Of a stretch of 64,000 nucleotides of DNA, positions 12,851 through 26,030 are shown piece by piece. The notes beneath the pieces are model-generated. The model was not told the origin of the DNA. It was given only the letters and a program-made list of their open reading frames with translations, and made no database searches. Every line of letters starts with the position of its first letter. The first letter of the stretch is position 1. The position numbers and the translations under genes were made by a program. This stretch comes from Heteronotia binoei (lineage: Eukaryota): assembly GCF_032191835.1 (NCBI RefSeq), contig NC_083225.1, positions 83,700,001-83,764,000 on the forward strand, read 5' to 3'.

Positions 12851-13020
12851 CTCCTTTTGGTGTAGTGGTTAAGACTTTAATCAGATGAACCAGGTTTGAT
12901 TCCCCACTCCTCCACATGCAGCCAATTGGGTGACCTTGGGTCAGTCACAGTTCTCTCAGAGCTGTTCTCTCAGAGCTCTTTCAGCTCCAGCTACCTCTGA
13001 GATTCTAAGTGAAGGGTGAG
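12851..13020 (+). mobile_element. tRNA-derived SINE (Squam3-like), running into the gap
   Basis: TTTGGTGTAGTGGTTAAG A box, GGTTTGATTCCCC B box, GGGTGACCTTGGGTCAGTCAC. Confidence 0.85.
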
Positions 13021-13175
13021 NNNNNNNNNNNNNNNNNNNNNNNNNNNNNNNNNNNNNNNNNNNNNNNNNNNNNNNNNNNNNNNNNNNNNNNNNNNNNNNN
13101 NNNNNNNNNNNNNNNNNNNNNNNNNNNNNNNNNNNNNNNNNNNNNNNNNNNNNNNNNNNNNNNNNNNNNNNNNNN
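13021..13175. other. Assembly gap (N run)
   Basis: 155 N. Confidence 1.
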
Positions 13176-13244
13176 AAAGCTGAATTAGATTTTTATGTTG
13201 GTATCCCTGTCAAATTATATAGGTTATAGTAATTTTAATATATC

Positions 13245-14330
13245 AGTTACATTCTTGAATGTTAAAAGTTTAGCTGATACAATAAAAAAGGACTAGAATT
13301 GGAAACTATGTTCATGATCTACAATCAAGTATTTTATTTTTTGCAAGAAATACATAAGTATAAGCAAACAGATGTTTTACTCCTGGGTAATGGTTAAGTA
13401 AATAAATTTGTGGCACCTGGGCCACAAAAAGCCAGGGGGTAGTGATTTGAGTACATTCAAAGACTGATTTTAAATCTAAAAATATTCTGAGAGATGCAAA
13501 TGGTAGATTCATTTTTGTGGAAAGTATACTTGGAACTTCCCAACTAGTTATCCTGGTATCATTATATTTTCCAACTAGAATTTGCTCATAAGGCTCTTAG
13601 GAAATTGGAAATATTTTCCTTCTCTATAAAAATATTGGGGGGGGGGGGGACATGAAGGTTAATTTGCAAAACAAACAAACAAACAAACACCCTGAACTTT
13701 CTTCATGATTGTCAGGGGTCCAATAAAAATTGAATGGGAAATGCACAACAGCATTATGAAAAGCTCATAGTCTTCTTAAGATAATTGAACATTATGGTTT
13801 ATGTGAATTATGGGCAGAAACAGAATTACACCTATTCAATAATTCTCATACCTATTACTCCCCAAAATATGGTCCTTTCTTGGATGGTACTATGGAAGTG
13901 TAAAACTCTAGGAAGTTTTACACTGGATTAATAGAATGTCAATTGGATTGATAAAAATTACAATATGCCCCGGAAGAGCATTGTGCTCTAGCAGTAAGAA
14001 TCTTCTGATGGTTCCTGACCTGAGAGAGGTCCACATGTCCTCAACTAGGGCAAGGTGTTAGGGAAATTGCTGTGGATCTCCTCTTTGGATGGGGGGAATT
14101 AGCACAGGAGACCCTGGCAGAGCATAAGAGCGATCTTTTGCCAATTTACGGGGGTGTAGTTTTTCAGGAAGAAAACTCCAAGAGTAAAATATTTTTTAAA
14201 ATGAAATGTTTACTTAGAATATATATATATATATAAATACAATCACACAAACAATCAAACACATACAAACAAGAACTAGAAAAAATAGAGGTGAAACATA
14301 TAGAGATATTTAGGAACATTGCAGGGGGGG
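13245..14330 (+). mobile_element. Decayed L1-clade ORF2 endonuclease fragment
   Basis: Conceptual translation gives FLNVKSL, LQE.H, KARGVV, RDANGRFIFVESILG...LYFP and GGD motifs of the APE domain. Confidence 0.7.
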
Positions 14331-14369
14331 GGGGGGATGATATGAGCTGGTCCATGGATCCTTGAAGCA

Positions 14370-15390
14370 GAAGGCATGAAGGTTGAGAGTGGCCCAAACA
14401 GAGAGAGGCTAAATCCGGCGAAGACAGAGGTCCTTTGCTTGGGCCGTCGGGGTCCGGGAAGGGAAATACCCCTTCCGGTTTTTGACGGTGCGCTGCTGAA
14501 GGCAGCGCATAGAGTCAGGAGCCTGGGGGTACTTCTGGAGCCTTCCTTAACAATGGAGGCCCAGATAGCAGCCACTGCCAAGTCCGCATTTTTCTATCTT
14601 AGGCGGGCAAGGCAGCTGGCTCCCTTCCTGGAGCGCGACGATCTAGCAACGGTGATCCATGCTACGGTCACCTCGAGGTTGGACTACTGCAATGCCCTCT
14701 ACATGGGGCTGCCCTTGTGCCGAACCCAGAAATTGCAGCTGGTGCAGAACGCCGCCGCCCGGTTGTTATTAGGGCTCCCAAGGTGGGAGCACATTCAGCC
14801 GGGACTTCAGGCTCTGCACTGGCTGCCAATATCTTACCGAGTTCGATACAAGGTGCTGGTCATTACCTTTAAAGCCCTATATGGCCTAGGACCTGCCTAC
14901 CTGTGGGACCGTCTCTTCCCACACGTTCCCCAGCGAGCACTAAGATCAGGAACCCAAAACCTCCTGGTTGTCCCCGGGCCAAAGGAAGCCCGCTTGAAAG
15001 TTACAAGAGACCGGGCCTTCTCCGTAATGGCTCCATCTTGGTGGAACCAGCTGCCGGAAGAGGTAAGGGTCCTGCGGGATCTTACTCGATTCCGCAGGGC
15101 CTGTAAGACATCCCTCTTCCGGCTGGCCCACAATTAATCAGCACTGAGTACTGAATATCGAAGACTGAACATCAAATACTGAACTTGTAACCGATGAGTG
15201 TAGCTGTAGGACCGCCATCTGAGTTTAATGTATATGTATATAACAATTGTTTAGATTTTTAACTGTAAATTATGATATGTTAATTTTAATGTTTAATTTT
15301 AGATTCCATGTTAGTTTTATATGTTGTAAGCTGCCCTGAGCCACCTAGTGGGAAGGGCGGGATATAAATCTTAGATAAATAAATAAAACA
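14370..15390 (+). mobile_element. L2-clade LINE, 5'-truncated
   Basis: ORF 14376-15137 (LNPAKTE, LDYCNALY.GLP, LHWLP..YRVRYK) is the L2 RT C-terminus, followed by a 3'UTR and (TAAA)n tail. Confidence 0.92.
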
Positions 15391-17977
15391 GAGTTTGGGG
15401 GTGCAAATCTGTGGTAGGGTAAGACAAGACACACTGAACTTGCCATGTGCTGGCCTAGATATAACCTGATTTGTGCCCTTAGGTAATGAGGTCATGTGGT
15501 GTGTGACCAGTAGGTCAGGTGACCTGTGATGCTGCAGTGATGTCAGAACATGTGACACCTATGTCACCAAAAGGGGCAGATGGGGGAGGCTCCCAGGAGC
15601 TTGATAGGATCAGTGGGCCTTGATGGGTTTACCTACTGAAAAACTACCTTAAACAAAGAAAATAAATTGGTCAATTTAGAGCCACATTGTTAATCTACTG
15701 TAACACCAGAGCAAACACAATGGAGTTGTTCTGCATGAGGAATACACAGTTACAGCACTGGCAGGAACAAGCAGGGGGGCCTCTTAGCCAGCATGGGGTG
15801 CTTGCTGCTTGGCCCCAAAGAGTAAAATGTCTATTGAAGCTGGTACAGTTGCCAAATGCTTAGAATCACATAGGATAGACAGTAGGAAAGTGGGTATTTG
15901 TCATTAAAGTCCATTGAAGCAGTTTGCCTGTGTTCACACAATATAAGTTCATATCAATAAGAGTCCTGTATCTCTGACACTAGGCCAGAGTAAACATAGT
16001 CCATTAAAAGATGGAGGAGGCGGGCTTGGGCCTAACAAAGGGCCTTTTAAGCCCTGGCCCCTACCTGCTGGAAATCTCTGCCTGAGAACATCCACACCCT
16101 ATGGCATTTGCTACCTTTCCATAGCGCTTGCAAGGCAGAGATGTTCCACCAGGCATTTGGTTGAGGACAGCCATGGTCTGGCACTCTCATATCCCCACAC
16201 AGACCTCCCTCCTATGTTGCCAAAGAGTCATGATTCCCAGCAACCCCCACACTTGGCTTTGGACTCTAATGGACTGTACGTAGTTTGACACATATACCAG
16301 ACCAGCTTTTGGGCATTTGACCCTCTCAGACTATCATGGTGTTGAGCCAAGCCAGGCACAAGGCACCCCTCACTGGGACTATTATTCTGTGGGCTGCTTT
16401 GCCTACAGACACGACAAAGACTTCAGACCATGCGTCATCTCTTAGCTGCCCAGCCCTGCTGCAGACACTTGCAGCCCTGTCTTCATGGAGAAAAGACCAG
16501 CAGCAGACGTAGGGGAAGCTATGGTTGTTTGATTGGTGTGGTGAACTTTTGCAAGTCCCTCAGGTATGAAAATCAGATGGCTACATCTATGAAATAACTG
16601 TTGAAATATCCAACTGAAGAAGGCCATTGATGCTGAAAACGTTCCTGGCATTGCAACTAACTTCTGGCACTGCAATTGTTTGGCTCTTTAGATGTAATCC
16701 TGGATGGCGTACACTAAAACTATTTTGCTCATTTAAAAAGACTGTGGACTGTTGCTACTAGCTCTGGACAGATGCACCCATCTTGACTATGCTGAAATGA
16801 ACCATAGGAAAACTGGGACCTTGTCACTGTGGGGGACTCACTAATTTTAACCGTATGACAGGGTTGTTCATATGAATAAGAAACTTTAAGTAAGAGGACT
16901 TTAAATAAGAGTGTGTTGCAAGGAATGGTTGTAGTTTTTGTGGGCTGTTTGTGAGTGGTTGTGGCTTCTCTGATGTGTTCTTGTTTTTGTCATTATTTCT
17001 GGCCAAGCCCCCTTCCTTTTTTTGCTGTCCTTGGGAAGGGGCAGCCAATAAATTTGTGATGATGATGATTAAAATTACTATAATTTAAAGGATAATATAT
17101 CCACATATCCCTCACCCAGCTACAGAAGCCAAATAGTAAGCTTAACATAACTATCGTGGGTTATTTGAATGCAGAGTATTTTGTGGCGAGGGGAAGAGTA
17201 GCACTAGAAGGCATGACAATGAAGGGACAGCCTTCATAGGTTGCAAATGTCAATGTGCTTAAAAATCTTCAACTCGACTTAGAATAGGATTTTAAGATGG
17301 CATTTAGGAAGTGGATATCACACCCATAGAAAGCCAGGACTCTTGCAGAGATCTCCAGATCTCTTTGTCTGGACTCTGAAGAGATAGCAGAGAAATAGTC
17401 TAAATAAATAAATAATCAACAGCAGTGTAGCCTCCCCCATTCCCTTTTTTTCTTTCCCAAATTAGAATTCTACAGAGGCCAATCATCTATCATTCTTCAT
17501 CTTCCAATACAACATACCTTCCAGACAAGCCAGCTTGCTTAACAGCACGTCCACAGAAGCACAATCAGCCTTGTTTTCTTCTCCCATTCTTTTGTAGCCA
17601 TCTAGACAGGATGATTTCCTTTTGTCCCTTCTATTATTGTAAGGCTGGCTCACTCAATTCCTTGATCTTTCATCTTTTTTGTATTCTAAAAAGCAGCCAT
17701 TCAATAGAAGTCACAGGTTACTCTAGTTACCTCAAAGAATTCTTCCAATGGCAAATTTTAGCACAGTTTAGCTATCTGTGTTAGCGGTTTTTTTTTTAAA
17801 AGTTTAGGGCATTCTTTACCTGCAACAACATCCAAAAATGTTTTCAAAAATATTAGAATAGTATAGTGGGTAGATTACTGGACTAGGATCTGGAAGTCCC
17901 AAGTTCAAATCTTCCTCTATTATGGAGTTTGTGCAGTTTCCTTGGGTCAATATATCTCAGATGAACCTTCCTTATAT

Positions 17978-18150
17978 GCAGGCCTCAGATTCAGTGGGAG
18001 CTCACAGAAGCACAGCTCCTGGACCTTTCTGAGAGTTCCACTTCCTCCTCCTGAGAGTTCCACCTCCTTGTCCATTGAATAGTATTGCAGCTGCATAATA
18101 ATCCCTGGATTAGCTCCACCATCTATTTTTCTACAAACGACCCCTGCTTA
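17978..18150. mobile_element. hAT-type MITE fragment (inverted relative of 41410-41592)
   Basis: Reverse-complement similarity to 41410-41592, including the GAGAGTTCCAC duplication and TTTTCTACAAA subterminus. Confidence 0.7.
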
Positions 18151-18164
18151 CATGTAAAAGTAAG

Positions 18165-18600
18165 ATGGAAGTGAGGAGAGTGGTGTTGGTCTGGAGCTTT
18201 GGGCTGGATTGCCATCAATGTGCTGATGACACCCAGCTATATCTGTTGCTGGATGGAAGGATGGATGCACTCTGCCACAGACAATTTGGCCTGGGTTTTA
18301 GAGTCTGTGGCTGGGTGGCTAAAACAGAGTCATCTGGAACTAAATCCATCAAAGTACTGTGCCTGGGCTGAGGGGGGAAGCAGGGGTTTGACTCCCAGCT
18401 CTTGATGGGACGCTGTTGATACCAGTGCCAACAGTGAAGAGACCGGGTGTGGCATTGGATGTGTCCTTATCTATAGTGGACCAAGTCACAAAAGTTGCCA
18501 GATCAGTGGGTTTTTTTTCATATTTGCCAGATCAGGCAACTGGCATCCTATCTCTCTTTCTCTTAACTAGTCACATTGACCCATGCAGTTCCATATATAC
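18165..18600 (+). mobile_element. Old L2 RT fragment
   Basis: CHQCADDTQLY (YADD-like) and LELNPSK motifs, frameshifted. Confidence 0.75.
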
Positions 18601-19037
18601 TCACTGAGCAACTGCTGTATGCTGATAATGGCCAAATAACATGACAATTACAATTGTCAGAAATCTGAGAGCTGTAAAGGCTCCTCTAAGTTTGTGGAAG
18701 GTGGTGCTGGACAAATCAAAGCTCTGGTGTGATCCCATTTGAGCAGTTTAATCCATGAGGAAAATCTAGAGCTGATAATAGTTCCCCTATGCAAGGCAGC
18801 ATCTATACTGAATATCAGATCCTGTGTTTTGAATCCATTCACGGGGAAGCCCTGGGGAGGTATTGAGTAATAATAGAAAAGCCTGTGACAGTTGGCAACC
18901 CAAGAGGTATCTTTCTGGAGCAGGAGAAAACACTTATTAGAAAGGAAGCTAGAAAGAGAATTCTTTCATTTTATCCAGTAATTAATTAAGGCAACTCCAG
19001 ATCTTGACACCATAGAGCTGGATAATGACTTTTTTTT

Positions 19038-19905
19038 TTGGTTCAGTCACACAGTAGAGTCCGACTCTTTGTGACCCCATGGAACAAGTCATGCCAGGCC
19101 CTTCTGTCTTCCACCATCCTCCAAAGTCCACTCAAATTCATGTTAGTTACATCAGTAATGCTGTCCAGCCATCTCATCTTTTGCCGTCCCCTTCTTCTTT
19201 TGCCTTCTGTGTTTCCCAGAATCAGGGTCTTCTCCAGTGAGTGCTTCCTTATAATTTGGTGGCCAAAGTATTTCAGCTTCAGCTTCAGCATCTGACCTTC
19301 CAGGGAACAGTCAGGGCTGATTTCCCTTAGGACTGACTGATTTTTTTTTTACCAATGTAAACAAAATTTTATTAATAAATTATAATACAATTCAAAAAAC
19401 AGAGTAAGCATATAAGATAACCATCTTCAATAAAAAAAAAAAATAAACAATGACTGATTTGATCTTCTTGAAGTCCAAGGGACTCTCAAGAGTCTTCTCC
19501 AGCACCATAACTCCAAAGCATCTTTTCTTCTGTGCTCGGTCTTCCTTATGGTCCAACTCTCACAGTCATACATTACTTCCGGAAATACCATCACTTTGAG
19601 TATATGGACTTTTGTTGGCAGGGAGATGTCTCTACTTTTCATTACACTTCCTAGGTTTGCCATAGTTGTCCTTCCAAGGAGCAAACATCTTTTAATTTCA
19701 TGGATACAGTTACCATCCGCAGTGATCTTAGATCCCAGGAATGTGAAGTCTGTCACTACTTCCATGTCTTCACCTTCTATTTGGCAAGGTGTGATGGGGC
19801 CAGATGCCATGATCTTAGTTTTTTTATGTTGAATTTCAAGCCTACTTTTGGTGTCTCCTCTTTCATCCTCAACAAGAGGTTCTTTAGGTTCCCTTTACTT
19901 TCTGC
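19038..19905 (-). mobile_element. RTE-BovB LINE 3' fragment
   Basis: MASGPIT..IEGE.MEVVTDF.FLGSKITADG, ESWTIRK, LELWCWRRLLRVPWT and LKLKLKYFGH..RWLD are characteristic BovB peptides. Confidence 0.93.
19344..19450 (-). mobile_element. Short poly(A)-tailed retro-insertion inside BovB
   Basis: Poly-T at 19341-19350, with TGACTGAT(TT) duplicated at 19334 and 19451 as a TSD. Confidence 0.7.
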
Positions 19906-19909
19906 CATT

Positions 19910-21198
19910 ACTCTTTACTCTGGAACAATTGCAAAGTGGAGTCTATTACAAAGCCACTTTTTGAGTGAGACAACTTAAGAATAACCCCAGACAATCTTGC
20001 CACTGAGGCCTTCCAAGAGAGATTTTCAGAAAATGTTATCCCAAGGTATTTAAAACTGCAGCATTGATCTATTGGGATGTTGTCTGTGAACCACCAGAAC
20101 TTACAAGGCTTCTTTCCAGAAACCATCACTTTAGTCTTAGAGTGACTGATGCCTACAGATTCTTCTTTGCAGAAGTTGCTAAGCCTGTGCAGCATCCTCA
20201 TTAGCCAACTTGCATTTAGTCAGTTTGCATGAGAAACAGTAGAACCACATCATCAGCATACAGAATAACAGATACTTCCCAATGGCCAAGTGAAGGTGAA
20301 ATAAACTCTGGGGCAGTCAGTCTCATCAGTATGTCATTGAGCTGTTAAGAGCAAGAGAGCTGGAATACATCCTTGTTTTATCCCTCTGAGGATTGAGATC
20401 TCCATTAGTGATGCAGAGGTGCCCACTCTTATTTTAGCTATTAGATCAGCATGGAGCTCACATATCCAAAGCAGTAGCTGTCAATCGATGTTTGTAATGG
20501 CCCGCTTCAACCAAAGCCAGTCACTATTCACTGATTCAAAACAGATTTTAGGTCCATAAAAGTCACAAAAGATGATTGGTTGGGTCTGTTATGCATTTTT
20601 GGATGAGATGTAAGATGTGGATGATGTGGATGAGGTGTAAGATCAGGCAATGCAAAATTTTACTTTTCCCTTTTCTGAAGCCTACTTTCTCTAAGCAGAT
20701 TATTTGATTAGAGGCTTCCTAGTCCTCCAATTTACCCAAGAGATATTTGTTGTACATTTTGGAGATTATATTCAGCTGTCTAATTGGGCTATTTATCCAC
20801 ATTTTTATATATTGAGACCACAATACTGTGTTTGCACACTAAGGGGAGGACCCCTGTTGTGTTGATCTGGGTTAATAGCTTGGCCAAAATTGGAGCCCAA
20901 CAGTTAGGGAAGAATATGAATAGTTCCAGGGGGGACATGTCCTCCCCTAGGGCCTTGCCAGAAGAAAGATAGGAGATAAAACATTTAATCTTAGAAGCTG
21001 ATATGGGAGACCACTGGGACAAGATAAATCAATGTAGGGAACTTCCACAGAAATCCTGTTAGGAGGAATGGAAGGGATCCCCAAGATCTGACAGAAATGT
21101 GTATGCCAATCTTCAGCCAGAAGCTGAGCCTTCAACAGGGTGGAGTTCTACACAGGCCTGTAGACACCAGCTCCCAAAACTGGGATTCCCTCCAGTCT
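19910..21198 (-). mobile_element. RTEX-like LINE RT remnant (3' portion; split by the RTE insertion)
   Basis: ISHSKTKVMV, FKYLGITFSENLSW, SGKALGED..PLELF and IVVSIYK motifs. Confidence 0.7.
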
Positions 21199-21916
21199 AG
21201 GATGGCTGACTTGATGTTAGAGTTTTCCTTCTCTTGGCTGGCGAGGTTGGTGAGCCCAGCCTGCCCATCCGGTTATACTGCCGGACATTCGGCCGCACCA
21301 TAACGTGGCAAACTCTGTGAAAACAGGGGGGGGGGGGGACCAGTGAGAAGGTGTTGCCATGGATGCAGTAATGTAGGAGAGGCCATTACAATGACCATCT
21401 GCCAGGCATAGCCAGACAGTGATCATGCAGCGTTCACTACACAGAGAAAGGAGAGGCGATGTATTGCGCATGCACTTTCCCTGGGGAGGCAGGACACCTA
21501 GAGGGAGTCCCCCCCCCTACAGAGCTCGTTAATGTAACATCTACCACCTGGAGGACTCGCTGCCGGCCTCCCAGCTTACTGGGCCATGGCAGATGACCCC
21601 ATGGTGAAAGGATGGAGCCAGTACTGCTTACACTGCGCTTCACCTAAAAATTCCTCTGCGCAGGCCTGAAGGGTATCCATATCCACAACCCACAATATAC
21701 CAAGTCCTACAGCGATGGGCAAGGGGTGAAACAGCAGGTGGAAGATGCCACTGGAAGCCGCAGTCCCGATCCTGCATGTAGGCGGTTCAGGGTATTGGTC
21801 GCCTGATGCTGACCTGGAGACGAAAGCATTTTTCGGCAGCACCCTGAACGACCAAGCAGCCTTATTTAGGGACAGCACTGCTAAAGGCTGAGATCCACCT
21901 TTCTGGCGTTGGCTTC

Positions 21917-24685
21917 ATGGTCAGAAACTCCATTGCCTCTAAACTCGAAAACCTGCCAACAGGTCACTCAGATCGCATCACGTCTATGCATCTCCCACTT
22001 CAAAACAAGCAGCATGCAACACTCTTTAGTGTGTATGCTCCAACCCTTCAAGCAGATCCTGCAGAAAAGAACAAGTTCTATGCTGATCTACGCAACCTCG
22101 TACGGAAGACCCCTACAGAGGACAAGGTGATCATCCTTGGCGACTTTAATGTGAGAGTAGGTAAAGACTCGGAAGCCTGGAAAGGAGTACTTGGCAAACA
22201 TGGCATTGGCAACTGCAATGATAACGGGCACCTTCTGCTAGAATTCTGCAGGGAGCATCAGCTCACCATTACCAACACTATCTTCCAGCAGAAGAACAGT
22301 CAAGACAACCTGGATGCACCCACGGTCCAAGCATTGGCACCTTATCGACTACATTCTGGTGCGCCAGAGAGACCTTCGAGATGTCTTACACACCCGAGTA
22401 ATGCCCAGTGCAGAATGTCATACAGATCATTGTCTAGTACGCTGCAATCTCCGTCTTCACTTCAAATCTACACCCAGGAGAGGCGGTATCCCCCGGAGGA
22501 AGTTTCAGGTTGGCAGCCTGAAGTTAAAGCTGCCTTCCAGGCAAAACTCCAGACAAGAATTGAGGACCGCAGTTGCCTCACAGATCCTTCTCTAGAAGCA
22601 CTCTGGGAACTCCTAAAAACTACCATCCTGTTGACCTCTGAAGAAATCCTCAGGTTCTCCACAAGGAAGAACAAGGACTGGTTTGACGAGAACAATCAAG
22701 AGATCCAAGAATTACTGGCGAAAAAGAGATCTGCCTACCAAGCACATCTTGCTCAGCCCTCCTGTCCCGGGAAAAAAGCAACCTTTTGTGCTGTATGTAG
22801 CAACCTCCAGCGCAAGCTTCGAGACATTCAGAACGAGTGGTGGACCAAGCTTGCAGAGAGAACCCAGCTGTGTGCAGACACTGGTGATGTAAGAGGGTTC
22901 TACGAAGCCCTGAAGGCAGTATATGGTCCATCATATCAGGTTCAGAGTCCCTTGTGTAGTGCAGACGGCCAAGTGCTCCTCACAGACAAGGCATCCATAC
23001 TGAACCAGTGGTCAGAGTATTTTCAGGTCCTCTTCAGTGCCAATTGCGTAGTTCAAGATTCAGCAATCCACCTCACCCCACTTCAACCAGTAAAAACAGA
23101 GTTGGATGTGATCCCCACCCTAGAAGAGACTGTTAAAGCCATCAAGCAACTGAAAAGTGGCAAGGCAGCGGGAGTTGATGGAATTCCACCAGAGATCTGG
23201 AAGCATGGAGGCATAGTACTACATAGTACACTTCACAAAGTACTTGTCACCTGCTGGGAACAAGGCAAACTACCACGGGACTTTCGCGATGCAATCATCA
23301 TTACCCTACATAAGAACAAAGGGGAAAAGTCAGACTGTTCCAACTACCGGGGGATAACCCTGCTCTCCATCGCAGGCAAAATCCTTGCCAGAATACTCCT
23401 AAACAGACTGGTGCCCACCATTGCAGAAGAACTCCTCCCAGAGAGCCAGTGTGGCTTCAAAGCTAACAGGAGCACCACCGACATGGTATTTGTTCTCAGG
23501 TAGCTCAAAGAGAAATGCAGGGAACAGAACAAGGGTCTATATGTGACTTTTGTCGACCTTACCAAAGCTTTTGATACCGTTAGCAGGAACGGCCTGTGGC
23601 ATATCTTGAAACGTTTAGGATGTCCCCCAAGATTTCTCAGCATGATCATCCAGCTACATGAAGACCAGCGAGGCCAAGTCAGACACTGTAACGACCTCTC
23701 GGAGCCCTTCCCAATAGGCACAGGTGTAAAGCAAGGCTGTGTTCTCGCGCCAACTCTCTTTACGATCTTTTTTAGCATGATGCTTCAAAGAGCTGCAGCA
23801 GATTTAGATGATGATGGTGTCTACATCTGCTATCGCACCTATGGCAGCCTGTTCAACCTGAGGCGACTAAAGGCCCACTCCAAGACAATGGAAAAACTCA
23901 TCTGACAGCTACTGTTTGCTGATGATGCTGCACTTGTCTCCCACTCGATATCAGCTCTGCAGCATATGACGTCCTGCTTTGCAGAGGCTGCCAAGCTATT
24001 CGGCCTAGACGTTAGTCTGAAGAAGACAGAAGTTCTCCACCAGCCTGCACCCCAGGAAGATTATCACCCTCCTTGTATTACTGTGGGCGAATCAGTTTTG
24101 AAGACAGTCCAGCAGTTCAGCTACCTGGGGTGCATCATCTCCTCAGACGCCAAGATCGACAAGGAGATTGACAATAGGCTGGCAAAGGCAAACCGTGCAT
24201 TTGGCCAACTGCATAAAAGAGTGTGGAGCAACAAGCATCTGAAAAAAGGCACAAAGATCAATGTTTACAAAGCGGTTGTGATGACAACCCTCATCTACGG
24301 CTCCGAATCGTGGGTTTTATACCGTCATCACCTGCGACTCCTTGAGCGCTTTCATCAGCGCTGCCTTCGCACCATCCTCAACATCCACTGGAGTGACTTT
24401 GTGACCAACACTGAAGTCCTCAAGTGGGCGGAGGTTACAAGCATCGAGGCATTGCTGTTGAAGACGCAGCTGCGCTGGGCAGGGCATATCTCCAGGATGG
24501 AAAACCACCGCCTTCCCAAGAGTGCCCTGTATGGCGAACTTTCCACCGACCATCGAAATAGAGGAGCACCAAAGAAGAGGTACAAGGACTCCTTGAAGAA
24601 ATCCCTTGGTACCTGTTGCATTAACCATCAACAGTGGTCTGACCTAGCCTCAGATCGCAAAGCATGGAGGCATACCATCCACTAG
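21917..24685 (+). pseudogene. RTE EN-RT polyprotein, disrupted by frameshifts and stops
   Basis: ORFs 21917-23503, 22314-22595, 23543-23905 and 23966-24685 tile one RTE protein. The N-terminal endonuclease motifs appear deleted. Confidence 0.92.
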
Positions 24686-24867
24686 GCTGTCTCTTCCTTT
24701 GAGAACACACGCATAGCTGGTCTTGAGGACAAAAGGAGATTGAGGAAGAATCGTACTGCTACAGCACCAACCCGAAATCAGACTTTTTCCTGCAGCCACT
24801 GTGGCCGAACCTGCCTGTCCCGCATTGGTCTTGTCAGCCACCAGCGAGCCTGCAACAGACTGGACTA

Positions 24868-25706
24868 CGGGCAAGGCAGTTGGCTCCTTTCCTGGAGGAC
24901 GACGACGTGGCAACAGTGATCCATGCAACGGTCACCTCGAGGTTAGACTACTGCAATGCCCTCTACATGGGGCTGCCCCTGTGCCGAACCCGGAAGTTGC
25001 AGCTAGTGCAGAATGCTGCTGCCCGGCTGTTATTAGGGCTCCCTAGATGGGAGCACATTCAGCCGGGGCTTCGGGGACTGCACTGGCTGCCGATAACATA
25101 TCGAGTTCGGTACAAGGTGCTGGTTATGACCTTTAAAGCCCTTTATGGCCTGGGACCTGCCTACCTTAGGGACCGTCTCTCCCCACATGTTCCCCAGAGA
25201 GTGCTGAGATCGGGGTCCCAAAACCTCCTTACAATCCCTGGGCCAAAGGAGGCCTGTCTGAAAGTGACCAGAGATAGGGCCTTTTCGATTGCAGCTCCCT
25301 GTTGGTGGAATCAGCTCCCGGAAGAGGTGAGAGCCCTGCGGAGCCTTGAACAGTTCCGCAGGGCCTGCAAAACAGTCCTCTTCCGGCTGGCATATAATTA
25401 ATTGCTATCAGAATGCCTGAACACTCCAATCTATTAGACCAGATTATTTAATACTGGAATATTGAAGAATTGATTTAAGGAAGGTTAGCATAGTACATAT
25501 TGTAGTAAGTTTTATGTGTTTTTATGTACTTTATATGTATTTTATATATTTTATTGTATAATTATAATTATTAATCTATCATGAATGTATTTAAATGGAT
25601 TCTGTTGGTTTTTATGTTGTAAGCCGCCCTGAGCCCACCTCGGTGGGGTAGGGCGGGATATAAATCGAATAAAATAAAATAAATAAAATAAAATAAAATA
25701 AATAAA
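24868..25706 (+). mobile_element. L2 LINE 3' fragment inserted in the RTE 3'UTR
   Basis: ORF 24880-25401 is the same family as 14376-15137. (TAAAA)n tail. The RTE 3'UTR resumes at ~25707. Confidence 0.92.
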
Positions 25707-25764
25707 CCATTCTTAAATCTTCGTTTGCGAAGTTAAGCCGAGAGAGAGAGAGAGGATGGCTGAC

Positions 25765-26030
25765 CCAAATTCTGCCATTGTAATTTAGCAAAAGTATACT
25801 TATTTTGCTTTAGCGGCTTCTTATAAGCTGATCTAAAAGATATGAGTAGTAGCGGGACTCCATTTTCACGGTTGTGCACCTGTTCTGTGCAATGAACAAG
25901 CTTTTTCCTAACTGCTCTACACTCCTGGTCAAAACAGTCTGCAGAAGGATGGGTTTTAGATTTTAGTGACCTATCACTAGAGAGGAAGGGTCTTGTCAGG
26001 AACAAGGTCCTGACAAGGTTGTTTGTACTG
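25765..26030 (-). mobile_element. RTEX-like LINE, upstream part (EN-RT linker)
   Basis: CFDQECRAVRKKL...YKKPLK...W is a typical WFD.EC linker. It joins 21198 once the RTE and one TSD copy are removed. Confidence 0.7.

Larger units (their letters stand above)
21211..25752 (+). mobile_element. RTE-clade LINE, 5'-complete, with a 12-bp TSD
   Basis: AGGATGGCTGAC at 21199-21210 and 25753-25764. APE (SVYAPT, ILGDFN), RT (KAAGVDG, NYRGITLLS, FVDLTKAFDTV, GVKQG, LFADD), C-terminal C2H2 (CSHCGRTC..RIGLVSHQRAC) and (GA)n tail. Confidence 0.95.

Noticed and set aside
1880-17825. Several minus-strand (Y)nAG|GTAAG motifs (about 1886, 9201, 12600, 17818) as recursive splice sites
   Set aside because: Short motifs like these are expected by chance over this length, and no long minus-strand gene is established.
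21917-23503. 528-aa ORF as a host gene
   Set aside because: It is a frameshifted RTE EN-RT; the middle of the ORF is out of frame.
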